From Tubulanus polymorphus (taxonomy: Eukaryota > Animalia > Nemertea): a stretch of 64,000 nucleotides of DNA. The stretch spans positions 3,224,001-3,288,000 of the forward strand of contig NC_134036.1 of NCBI RefSeq assembly GCF_964204645.1, given 5' to 3'. The position numbers and the translations under genes are program-made. The notes beneath the pieces are model-generated. The model saw only the letters and a program-made list of their open reading frames with translations, had not been told where the DNA came from and did not search any database. Shown piece by piece: positions 36,801-48,900 of this stretch (the stretch's first letter is position 1; each line of letters starts with the position of its first letter).

Positions 36801-39653
36801 TGATCAAGTTCTACCGTACAGGTGGTTTTGAATTGAAATTACCTTCACTTTTTTCGATTTTCTACTATTATCTGCCGCTTTCTCTTCCTCGTTGTTGTCG
36901 CTTTCGATGATTTTTCTCTTAGCAGACGCTTGTTCATCGTCGGAGCGCGCGACGAGCTTTTGCTTTCGCGACGCTTTCGTTTTCCTCCCCCTCGACGCTT
37001 TGTTCCGTGACTCGTCTGTTGTATTCCGTGTGTCCTCATCCTGTGAAACGGTCTTCTGTTCGATGTCTCTCTGCTTTGTTGATTCATCGCGCTTTTCTCT
37101 TTTTCTGTCCGGTTTAGTTGGCGGAGCGTCGTTCTGTTTCGATTCGGCTGAAGTCTGTCCATTATCGGTTTTCGCCGCAGGTTCATCTGCAATCGCAGTC
37201 GACACACTCTTGCATACGTCGATCCCAGACGCAGCCGGCGTCTGACTCAGGTTTCTTGGCTTGCGCTGAAACAAACAATAAAACACATTACATTCATTAA
37301 CGAATGACTAAGAAGGGTGGGCTCTTTTATTTGACTTTATTTTCCCTGACTATTGCATGATATGCACACGTTGTTTTCCCTGACTTGATCTGCTAAAAAT
37401 CCGATCAATTAACACAGTCAAATACATAAGACACTAGACGGAAACTGTTTGATTTTACATGCGAACTAGCATTCTCAATAAATATCCCCGACTTATCCCT
37501 GATCTGCCAATAAATTTACCTGTGAAATACGTAAAACATAAACTGACAGAAACTGTGTGATTTTGCGCAAGATCCAGCAATTTCAACATATATCCATGTT
37601 TTTTTTAGGGATTTTATGGGACGCAGGAACCCTGACACTGGCATATTTTTCTCGATGCATACCTGAAGTGCTGTTTTGGTATTGCCTCGGCTGGCTCGGT
37701 CAACCGATGTGTCAGTTGCTGTCGCTTCTGATGAATAAGAACCACCGCATGTTCCCGTGTCCATTTCCACTTTTTCATCAGTAGCCGCGACTTGCTTGTC
37801 GTTCGCTTTCAATAAGTGAAGAACACCGTCTATTACGATGAATTTCTGCGTCTGTTCAGTTGACGAGTTGACATCGACATGTTGCGTCTGTTCAGTCGAC
37901 GAGTTGACATCGACCTGTTGCGTCTGTTCAGTCGACGAGTTGACATCTCGTTTGGTCGCCCGATTCAAATCGACCGAATCGTTATCTTTGCGCTGCGATT
38001 TCGATTTCTTCGATTTTTTTCTCCTAGCGGTTTTTTCGGTAACCGGTGTTTCATCCGGTGAGATTACTATCGTTTCGGTCGGAATAATCGAGTTTTCCGT
38101 CGTATGCGTCGCCGATTCAGTTTCGCTCGTCGCGCTCAGGCGCTGGTTATCTCTGACCGGAATCGGATCCGGAGGAATCGCTTCCGCCGGAGCGCTCGCG
38201 AATCTGGAGCGCGGCGATAAAACGGCAAAATTTTGTCGCGATAATTCGACGTTTTCGCCGCCGAGATTTTTCAGCGTACTCTTTCGGTACAGTTCGAGCA
38301 ACAGATCGTCAAATTCTGTCGAATAAAACGAAATGGAATAAATTAAAGACGAAAAGGATAATTAACAAATATACGGTACACGTGGAGTCTTTTGTGCAGT
38401 CATGATGCTGGTTTTCAAGATACAGGCAATGATGCAATGGTGGACAACGCAGCCACTTTATTTTCATGTATTACAAGACTTGTTATACACAAACTTGAAG
38501 TTTGTGTTATCTTGTAGTAAATAGTCAAGGCTTTCATATGATATAAGATTTGATGAGGTGGGCCACCGAAATCGTGTCCTTTTGACCCCCGAAATCCATC
38601 CAGACTTCTTTTGATTTGAAGTGACCGCTCAGATCTGTCATGTTCATACTCCAAATACTGAAGAATTTCAAATGGGAAGATGTTGCATATTTTAGGCGCT
38701 TTGAGGAATAATAGCAGGGAGGATACAGGCAGCTTGAGGAGTAATAGGCAGGGTTTATATGGGCAGCTTGAGTGCTAATGGGTTGATAATGATTTTTCAG
38801 TAGTCATCGAAACCACGCATCTCTCTGTCGCTTCTTACCTTGGAAGTTGAAATCGACGTTGTTTTTGAATCTGTATTTTTCGATGATGTCCACGAAACTT
38901 CTCGCGTTCAGTTGTAACATCAGTTCTTCTAACAGCAACGCGGAAACTTGCTCGTTCTCATGGACGGACTCTTTCAGCGAACGATAAGGAATTCCTGAAA
39001 TTATGTCAAAACTGCACCTAAAACATACATCGACTGAGCAGATAGGCTCGCATTCTGCAGTACTCGCAAAACAACTAATGGAAGCAGCAGGAAATGTTTA
39101 TACAACTGAGTCAAAATTTTTAAATTCGGATTCTGAAACCATACACCCCCTATCAGTTTTATAGGTGAAAATTTTTTTCACCAATAAAACTGATTCCCAA
39201 AGTATACACCCTGATCAGTTTTATAGGTGATAATTTCATTAAATATAAAAACTGATTCCGAAACCATAAACCCCCATCAGTTTTATAGGTGACATTTTTT
39301 GTCACTCATATCAAACAGAAAAGCCGTTTCTGACAACGAGCTCTCGGACTCAAAATATATACTGAAGTTCCACTATTTTCTGACAGGGCCGGGAAAAAAA
39401 AGTTTATGACACCGGTTGTTTTTTCTTCGTATTGTACCTATAGTAAGATTATGGGGTTATCAACCTTTTGCGTCAGGCAACTCTGATTCTGAATGTTTTT
39501 TTAGACGCAGCTCGATCATCTCAAGAACAACTTCGAAAAAAACTGAAAATCAATAATACTAAGGCAGGCTGGGGATCACTAAAATACCCCCTCCCCTGGG
39601 GCAAGAGAGCGATTTCATGTAAAAGCATACTTACTTATCAACAGGTCGCCCAT
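30892..39653 (-). CDS. Large multi-C2H2 zinc-finger protein, ~2220 aa; exons 39653-39635, 38994-38839, 38315-37663, 37265-36843, 36380-36263, 36185-30892
   Basis: A 5.3-kb terminal exon holds two clusters of CxxC-x12-HxxxH fingers separated by a Thr/Pro/Ser repeat spacer and followed by an acidic tail. The upstream exons join with consistent GT-AG phases (6663 nt). The start at MGDLLIRIPY is inferred. Confidence 0.8.
34460..35030 (-). repeat. 39-bp coding tandem repeat (13-aa unit such as SETAQTRPASKTT), ~14 copies, inside the zinc-finger gene
   Basis: Visible in both the DNA and the ORF translation. Confidence 0.9.
39135..39292. repeat. ~60-bp tandem repeat, 3 copies
   Basis: atcagttttataggtga at ~39152, ~39214 and ~39276. 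Confidence 0.8.
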
Positions 39654-40421
39654 GATGATGGAGTTCCTTGCTTAGCGAATCCTATTCAGAAATCAACAAA
39701 CAACTAAAAAAAGAAGGGAAGTTTGATAATCAAGAAAGAGAGGGGTTGTTTTGCTTAAAGACCCGACGAGGTCTATTCCAGGATCGAGCTAGCAAATATC
39801 GAATTGATCCGATTCGATCGATCAATCAACGAACGCGGTCTGAATTGATTTTTTTCATCATCTTTTAATTCAAACATCTTCTTTCTTCATTTTAAACGCA
39901 TTTATCGTAAAACTGGAAACAATCCGAGGCAATCAGGAGTTAACCGACTTACCTAACTTTCAACTAGATTCAAAGACGAAGGCTGACACGCTTCCGTCGC
40001 TGCAGCATCGTCGTCAGTAAGGCGGAGGCTGACCCAGGGAGGAACAGCTTGAGGCTATATTCATCAATAAAATGTTGCTTTAGTTGCGTTCATTTCAGCG
40101 CTGTCGATACTAGGTTCGAATCCCGAAAACCTGAAAACGAATTCCAATTCACTTTATTGATCACCGTATTTGGAAATTCCGACCGACGGTGCGCGAATTA
40201 CCGCTAGACGGTGCACCGTTCGATAATAAACTACACATCGAAACTTGTTTCGTACACATTTTGTTTCTAGGTCATAACTGTGTTCGGGATGTGTATTTTG
40301 AATAGTAGATAACGATATCTTAGATTCTTAATAATCTGTTGTATTTCATTCAATGTTCAAAAACTACACGAAACCGACATTTCATGTCTACAGTTCATTT
40401 ACGAATAAGAAAGGAGGTATC

Positions 40422-41711
40422 ATGGATTTCGTGAAGAATTCCAGGTTCGTTTTGGTCGTTTCTCTCGGGTTTCTGGTGATCGTCGGTTACTACATGGTAC
40501 GCGGCAGCGGACCTTACGATCCCGTTAAGGTCAGTTTGGACGCTTCGATGCCCGTAGGCGTGGCCAACGCCACCAGAACGATGTACGTCATCATGTTCGA
40601 CGCGGGAAGCACTGGCAGTCGAATTCACGCTTACGAATTCGTGAAGGACAACGTGAACAACAAGATCGATTTGAAGGACGAATTATTCGAACACGTCAAG
40701 CCTGGGCTGTCGTCCTATGCCGACGATGCCAAGGCGGGTGCCGAAAGCTTACGAACGCTGGTGGAAAAGGCGAAGAAATACATCCCGCAAGACCAGTGGG
40801 CATCGACCCCGCAAGCGCTGAAAGCCACGGCCGGTTTGAGATTGTTAGAGAAACACAAAGCCGACAACATCTTGAACGAAGTACGCGATTTCATGCGCCG
40901 TCAACCGTTTCAATCGGTGGAAAACGTCGTCGAAATCATGGGCGGTACTGACGAAGGAGTTTACAGTTGGTTCACGATAAATTTTTTGAAAGGTCACCTG
41001 GCGAATATCGCGACGACCGCCGGCGTCATCGACCTGGGCGGCGGATCGGTGCAGGTAACCTTCATACCTCGCGAGGGATCGGACACGAAGAAAACCGCCC
41101 CGAAATCGCATCTGCATCGGGTACCTGTCATGAAACGCGACGTGGACCTTTATACGCACAGCTACCTAGGACTGGGTCTGATGTCGGCTCGTATGCAAAT
41201 ATTCGGGCGCGATCCCGACGCGAAAAGCCCGACCCAGTCGACGTCTAACGAACTGCATAGTCCGTGTATCGCTCCGGCCATCGAAACCGAATGGGAATTC
41301 CAAGGAAACAAATTCACAGTTCGCGGAACAGACGATTCTAACAGTTTCGAGTTGTGTTATAAAGCCGCCCGGGCGGTCGTCGTGAAGCACAAAGTATTCT
41401 CGCCGGTGGAGATTAGAAAAGATCGGCCTTTCAATTTGATCTCATATTTTTTCGACAAGGCCGCCGATGCCGGCTTGATCGACGAAGAGAAAGGCGGTCA
41501 TTTGACGCTGGAAGATTTCTCGAAAGCGGCCGCGAAACTTTGCGCCAATCACGACGCGAAACGCCCGTTTTTGTGCATGGATCTCTCGTACATCACCGCG
41601 CTACTGCGCGACGGATGGCGTTTCGAAGAGCGAACTCAGTTTTCGCTCGAAAAGAAAATCAAAGGCATCGAAACGGCTTGGACATTGGGAGCAGCGTATC
41701 AATTACTATGA
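40422..41711 (+). CDS. ENTPD5: Ectonucleoside triphosphate diphosphohydrolase 5/6-like (GDA1/CD39 family), single-exon CDS
   Basis: Apyrase conserved regions are present: DAGSTGSR, KATAGLR, GTDEGVYSW, DLGGGSVQ and WTLGAA. There is an N-terminal signal-anchor (FVLVVSLGFLVIVGYY). The likely start is MDFVK at 40422 (an in-frame ATG also exists at 40353). ENTPD5 versus ENTPD6 orthology is not resolved. Confidence 0.88.
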   Translation: MDFVKNSRFVLVVSLGFLVIVGYYMVRGSGPYDPVKVSLDASMPVGVANATRTMYVIMFDAGSTGSRIHAYEFVKDNVNNKIDLKDELFEHVKPGLSSYADDAKAGAESLRTLVEKAKKYIPQDQWASTPQALKATAGLRLLEKHKADNILNEVRDFMRRQPFQSVENVVEIMGGTDEGVYSWFTINFLKGHLANIATTAGVIDLGGGSVQVTFIPREGSDTKKTAPKSHLHRVPVMKRDVDLYTHSYLGLGLMSARMQIFGRDPDAKSPTQSTSNELHSPCIAPAIETEWEFQGNKFTVRGTDDSNSFELCYKAARAVVVKHKVFSPVEIRKDRPFNLISYFFDKAADAGLIDEEKGGHLTLEDFSKAAAKLCANHDAKRPFLCMDLSYITALLRDGWRFEERTQFSLEKKIKGIETAWTLGAAYQLL

Positions 41712-42944
41712 AGAGCTTTTAGATATCATTTTATACGTGAAACTGGTGAAATGAACAAAGGAAAAATATTTTTGAACTTGGACATTTAGGAGCGGCGTAT
41801 CAGTTACTTACTATGAGGAGATAGACACTTTAAATAACGTTTATGTCAAAACTGGTGAATTGAACAAACTGAAAATACCGTGGAACTTGTTTTGGAATAA
41901 CGCAATTAAATTCAAAGAACTACACTGTGACTTTGACAATGTATAAAAACTTTCAAATTTCGAATCTAATTTTTCGTAATACATCTACATATATTATATT
42001 CCACTTATCAATTATCACTGCTCGTGATCTATCTGTTGCGTGATATGGATATTCCGTCCTTTAGAGCACATGTACATGTATACACATTTTGTGAAACTGA
42101 AAGGGGAGATGGTATAGGTAAAGTTTTAACCCTTCATTGCATTAGGTTTCAGTGCAGCTTTACTAGATTCGTACACCTACATTACAATAAAGCTTTCTAG
42201 CTGGATTTCCTTACATTATATCGCTTGTCTTCCAACTTCAAACAAACCTTTTCCCTCTAAAACACTTTCGCGTTGTGAACGCACTCTTTGTAAGTTACCT
42301 CGATTTCCGTCTACGTTTTCCTTTTAATAAACAGTTGAGGCACATGTTTTGTTATCGTTTAATGCATTATTTTTACACTAATTCGACGATGCGGAACGAT
42401 GTCAATTCTGTCTTCATTCGGAGATTGCCTCATCTGAGCAACGAATAAAACGGCAGAAGAGAATTGGTTTTGTGCGCTGCTTCTGGACCGACGTTAAAGC
42501 CGGGTAGCCGGAAGGCCAGCCTAAACGGGCAAACGATCATCAATACAGCCCCCTTTGACTATGGCCACATATCAATGGTAAACATTCCACCCGCGATTAG
42601 ATTCAGGATACGAAAAACTAATACAACAGAACCGCTACATCAGGCCGAGAAAAATGTACGTCGATGAAGATAAAGAATTTCCTTCGAATAAACAACGACG
42701 CCATGAACTGTTATTCTATACAATGTTTATGTACATTTATTTTCCAAAACTTTCACCCGAACGTCTTTTTTTTACTTTAAATCGGCAACAACATTCATAC
42801 ATCAACGATATAAATATTAGATTTTACGAGGAGCAGGAGGAGGTAATGTTTGTTTCATTCCCATTAATTACAAAATTATCAATGATAACACGATTAGATT
42901 TCAGAATTCTAAAACACTTCTTTTGTTTCACTAGTTTTTTTTCT

Positions 42945-45900
42945 TTAGATGACCTCTTCTCCGGCTGCTTCTAATATAGCGCCGCTGAACGCCAGATCCC
43001 AGTAGTGTTGAACGCCGTGTTTTTTAAACTGTTCCCGAGCGAACGTTTCGGTCGGGCACGCTTTGAACTTTATGTCGCCGAATGAACGATGTTTCACTTG
43101 ACCCTGCAAAGACAAGAAAGCGACTGATCTAGAAACCTTTGATTCCGACTTAACCTGATATCTTTAATTGGAGAAGATTTCACCTAGCCTGGAAATAATT
43201 TTTCATCGAAAATAATAGTTTTAGTATAATGAGCAAAACCCATAGTTGAATGAACTTCATCACGCTTGGTACGATAACCACACTCAAACGTGGTGAACAG
43301 ATGATAAGATAAAAACCCACTATTTACAAATTAAAAGAAATCTAAAATCGAGAATTTATTTATTGAAACAATCTAAAATATAAGAACACGACGTTTCGAT
43401 CTCACACTAGAGATCATCGTCAGGTGTGAGATATATCATCACGCTTCTCTGATGATGAACTTTAGTCAAAACTTCGAAACTGTTGGAATAAATTGTTGCA
43501 TCATCAACTGTGGGTTTTGTTCATTAACTCTGAATGAGATTAGTCTCTACCACAGTCACTTGTAGTTTACTTGAAAATGAACTTAAAAATCATCTTAATT
43601 TTCAAGATGAGCTCGACTTCAAAATGGTAGAAACTACATGTAAACAGTTGGCTTAGGTGTGCAAGAACTTAAAGATATTTTTCGAACAATTTTTTTAGAT
43701 TAGATTTTTAAAATACGAACCGTCCAAACTAGGTGACATTTATTCCGTTTGTCAGAATCATCATCATCCTCGTCATCGGATACGTCATCTACAAACAAGT
43801 GAAAACATTATAAATCAAACATTTTAAAACGGCAAAGTGCAAGAGGGTCGTCATTTCCCCATTTTTCGAAAGTTAAATTTGATTATCATTTAAAATTCGT
43901 TTATTTCTTACCTTTATTTGCTTTGTCCTCTTCCCATTTGATTCGGTGCATCATCAAACGACGAAATTTCTTCTGTTGTTTCGGACCTAAATCGAGCACA
44001 AAAATTTGTTGAAAGACAAGAGACAACTACTGATTTTGAGGAAAGTTGCAATGAAGTTTCTTTTCAATCAGTGGTTAAAAGACACAATAAATTGATTGTC
44101 TTACCGAAAGAAAAGTTGCAGAGGAATTTTTCTCACAACATCAAATTAGGACTTTATTTTTTTTTTCTCATTTCTGCTGAGCTTATTATAAGATGACCAG
44201 GCCTGTACATTACTGTATCTACCCTGTATATTACTTTTCTTTCAAATCATGATAAAGCTAACAATAACGGAATCAGCAGTCATAGAAATGAACTGATTAC
44301 AAATTTGATTGCAGATTACAGATGACCCAGTTGATTATGAGAAACAAGGTATCATTTTTGTTTAGCCTAAGAAATAAATAACAAAAGAAATGCCACCGAT
44401 TCTGAGAAGTTTCCTAGCAGTTATATTTCACTGTGAAGAAGACATGGTTAGAAGGTAAAGAGATCATTCTGATTTTACGAAGTGTCAAGCCAAGTTTCAG
44501 AAGGGGATGAAAGATGTTTCCGCTGATTCTGACGAGCAGATGAAGTGGTTGACAATAACACGGGAGAAGAGGGTTCAGTTTATGTTCTACATCTAAAAAC
44601 AAACATACCTCCTTCGACGGCTACTACGTTACAATCTTTGTACAACACGACGAATCCGGTCATTAACAACTGAATGCAATTCTGTTCGACTTTAAACTTC
44701 TTCGACGGGTGACTTAGATTCTTGATCCTGTCAAATACATATTAGATACACGAAGATAGAAATTATCTTTAAAAGGATATTTTTTGGAAAAGCATGTTGC
44801 TGTCTCTCACCTGTAAACTGCTACATCTATCCCTAATGACGTGTCCTCGCGGATTTTCTTCAGTTTTTTCTCGCGGCGTTGATCAGGGGTCAGTTTACGC
44901 GCCGCGTTCGTTTCTTCATGTAGTCTACGAAATACAGATAATACCCATAGTATACGTCACGTCTGAACACACGGGATATTTCGATTTCATGTTTGATGGT
45001 CAAAATGACTACTAAATTATTGATACATAATCAAAGTGATTATTTGATTGGCTTTTTCCCTAACTTATATCTTGGCTTATATCTCTGACTATTCCCTGAC
45101 ATGGATGTTGTTTTTCCTTTATTGATCTACGAAGAATCCAATCAATTAACACAGTCAAAATACGCAAATGGAAACTGTTTGATTATATGCACAATTTGAC
45201 TACTTTAGTGAACAAATTATCCGTGACTTGCCTTTTTAGCTTTTTTTACAAAATTGTCAGAATACTCCCCAACTTTTAGAAAATTCCACGCCTTTACCCT
45301 GATTTCCTGGTAAGTGGCCACCCTTATAAAGTCAGTTTAAAAATGACGACACCCATTATCAGGATAAACATGATGATAACCTATAACAACAGGCTTACCG
45401 TGATAACTAAAACACAGAAACAATATGAGTTGCCCCCAAGTAATAGATCATTCATAAACTATCCTAACCATAGTAACCATGAACATGATTAGCCCAATAT
45501 CCCTACACTACAAGTACCAGCATTTGAGGGCACTGAAAATATGAAAGGAAACTGACTTTTGACGTTTTGCCATCTGCGCTCGTACGTGCGCTTCTATCTT
45601 GGTCGGATCTTGTACGGCTTCGGTGCCCAACACTCGCATCAAATTAGCCATTCGCACTGAAATAAGGGCAAACATTAAGTTAACCATATCATCTTAGCTT
45701 GTTATCTAGTTTCATCTTTAAATAGGGATTCTCCCTGTTATTCATTCGTTTGGATGATTTGGTCTGATATGTGTTGATTTGGTGTCCCTTACAAACGCAC
45801 CACACTCGCCGGGAACAAATCAGGCAGTTTTTCAATAATTATGTGGCTTGGACGATAAGCAACTACGCCGATAGAGACAATATCTGAACCGGTGCAGCAA

Positions 45901-48900
45901 AGCTTGCCCAAACTTTTATCTACCTATATCTCTTACACATTGACAGGTAAAACTGTTCAACATGCCTTATGTTATAGGATATCTATCAACCACAGATCTC
46001 ATTCCACGCCTATGATCTTTATCCTTAGTAAATTTGACCATATACGAGTTATTTGACGTATCGAAAATAAGTAGTTTGATAGAAAACGAGTAAGAAATTA
46101 TGCTGATTTTGATATTCCTGGGAGAATTTGAGCATCGAACCCGTTCAGTGCAGTGTATAAATCAGTGCTGATGGACTCCGCGGTGTAGAGGCAACCAGTG
46201 TGCCCGTTATTCAACACACTGGGGTGGAATTTTTTCGAAACCATCTCCAGCACTTTTGGGTATTAATAAGTCAGCTCTGAAAGGGTTTTAAAGAATAGAA
46301 ACTAATCTTCGATTGTAGTCAAGTGTGAGATACCTTTCGGTTCGGGAGGAGGCATCAGTCCGAGGCGTATTTTCTCTGTCACATCTTTTTGCGCTTCCGT
46401 ACGATTTTGACGGCGTAACTTTTTGCGTTCTTGTTTCGTCAGGATGACGGGAATAGGAACGACTTTTTCGGGTTCGGCTGAAAACAGAAAATCAAACGCA
46501 ATGTAGTACACACGCATAATACTCGAGATCTAAAAGATGCCATTTCAAATATAGGGGTCAATTAGAGGTTAGAGTTAAGCAGTACAGTCAACCCCCTATA
46601 TACCACCAACATTGGTTGTTTTACTATGTATTTGTATAGAGATGTACATCGAGAAAACCTGGCGGTAGGCCGGGAAGGCGTTATATCAGGGGTTGACTGT
46701 AGTTAAATGCCATAGTGACAATTGGAATTGCATTATTACAATGGTATTTGTCCAATCAACTTTCCAAGCAACTTGCATGATTGATAACTCTCAAATGCCG
46801 ACTAACGACATTCAACTGGCAGCAGTTACGGTCAACTCACCGGGTGGTTTCATCTGAGCAGGATGTTCCACTAGGAACGTGATGCCTTCCAGTTTATCGA
46901 CTAATATTTCAGCTTCATCATTGTACATGTCATTATAACTGTAAAATATCAAAACGTTTAGGGTTAGTTGCTTTCAAACATGGATGCCATGGACCTATTA
47001 TCAAAGAATTCCACTATTGACTTTCTCACTCCTCATATCTATACAGTATCAATCGGAAACCTCAATCTTACATGCCCCAAGACATTGGAAATTTCATCAA
47101 CACTTGTCCAATCTTTGATTGTCTAGACTTCACAAGTGTTCAGTGTTTCGCCAGACAATTATGTAATTGAAAAGAACTACAAACAACAGACGGAGATTTC
47201 ATCAGCTGACTTTCAAGAACTGATCGTCCATACTTAACATGTGTTCAGCACTTCATCTGAGACATTTTTTCATTAGAAAGGAACTAAAAACACCAGACAT
47301 TAGATAATCTTAAAGAATGCTTTCAAAACCCGATCGTCCATGGCTTTAAACTCCCAGGGCTAATGTCTGAAAAGGGTGTTTGCAGGCAGCTGAATCGCAC
47401 ATACGGACAAATGCTGATGGAAAATCATATCAAATACGGGTACAAACGTATCATGCATGAACAGTAGACATACATACCTGACCCCTCTCATGATAACACT
47501 ATCCCACCACTCAACATCTGGTATTTCACCCTCGTGTATCTCGTGTTTCGGTTGAATCGTCGCCAGTTTCGCCGCCGACGCGATTCCTGTTTTCTTCGCC
47601 GCCTGCGCGATGTCCTGCTGCAGCTTCTCGAGTTGCGCCTTCGTGCGCATGCGCTGCGCCACCTGCTGGAATTTACCGGCGTCGTGGAACTTGAATAAAC
47701 GACGCGTGCGCGTTGCGCTTTTCAAACTGTAATCGAAAGAAGACCTTTTTGATTTTTTTCATGACCTATTTGTTTAAACAAATTCAATTTGTTCTTACAA
47801 TTATATCTTCCTTGTCACTGGCAAGAAAACAAAGAGACACTAAAAATTCGAAGTCCCCGATTATGCCGTGACCCGTGCCCCAAATATTCAAATTCCATGA
47901 TTTTCAAGAAAATAGTAAGAGTTCCCTGATTATCCCAGCAGGTAAAATTAAATCTGGAATAATTCCCTGATTACCATAGTCACACTAACAGAACTCGCGA
48001 GCATTTTCTGACTGAATAAAATGTTTGAAATTGACCCTACCTGACTCTGTTGTCGAAGAACTGAGCCTCGGCCGTCACTTCTTCCGGCAATTTCTCGGCG
48101 AGATTCTGCTTGAATTCTTCGCGACGTTTCGCCCGGATATTCGCCTGAAGTTCGAAATCAACCACTTACAATAATACGCGAACGCCAATAAAGCATTGAA
48201 CGCTGCCTGATTTCAATCTTACTTACTTTAAGCGTAGGCATATGATGCGCTAGAGTAATAGCTTCACCAGTCGAAGCATCGATCGTTCGTCCTTCATCGT
48301 CCAAAATAACAGGAGCTGGTCTGAAAATTCAGAAACTTTCATTCGCACTTTTTATAAAACGAACACAGGCACTGATCGGCATATTTCATTGACTTCTCCC
48401 CCATTTTGGCCATGACTGACATTTGAATAAGGCGGAGTCAACTGTTTCATTAAATGCATATAATTAACACTTACTTAGAAGTAGCTGTCACCACTTTCCT
48501 GAAAACAAAAACCAAACCACAAATTATTTCATTGCATTTAAAAACGTGGAAATCTACAATAACTCGACTGTAGCCGGTGATGTTTATGGAACGAGGTTTG
48601 ATTATCACCATGAAAGTGGAACTTTGAATAATTTGATACCAAAGAGAAACAATTTTCCAACATCCCCAACTTCTAGCGTATTTTGGGTGAAAATTTTGCT
48701 TCTTTTTCCTACAATTTCGCCTCAAGTCAAGTAAGTTTGGAAGCAAGTGCTCATTTTGAAGAAGAAAACAAATGAAAGCGTCACCAATGAGCGAATCTTT
48801 GAAATCGATGTTCTCATTTTCTGGCCGGCATCTGTGCCAAACTTTGTCAACAAGATGGGCTCAATTGAATCAACATTTTTCCATACACTTACGGAATAGC

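Noticed and set aside
40105-40130. tRNA gene suggested by GGTTCGAATCCC (also GGTTCGAACCC at ~5070)
   Set aside because: No cloverleaf or A-box could be built at 40.1 kb, and the 5.07-kb motif belongs to a SINE.
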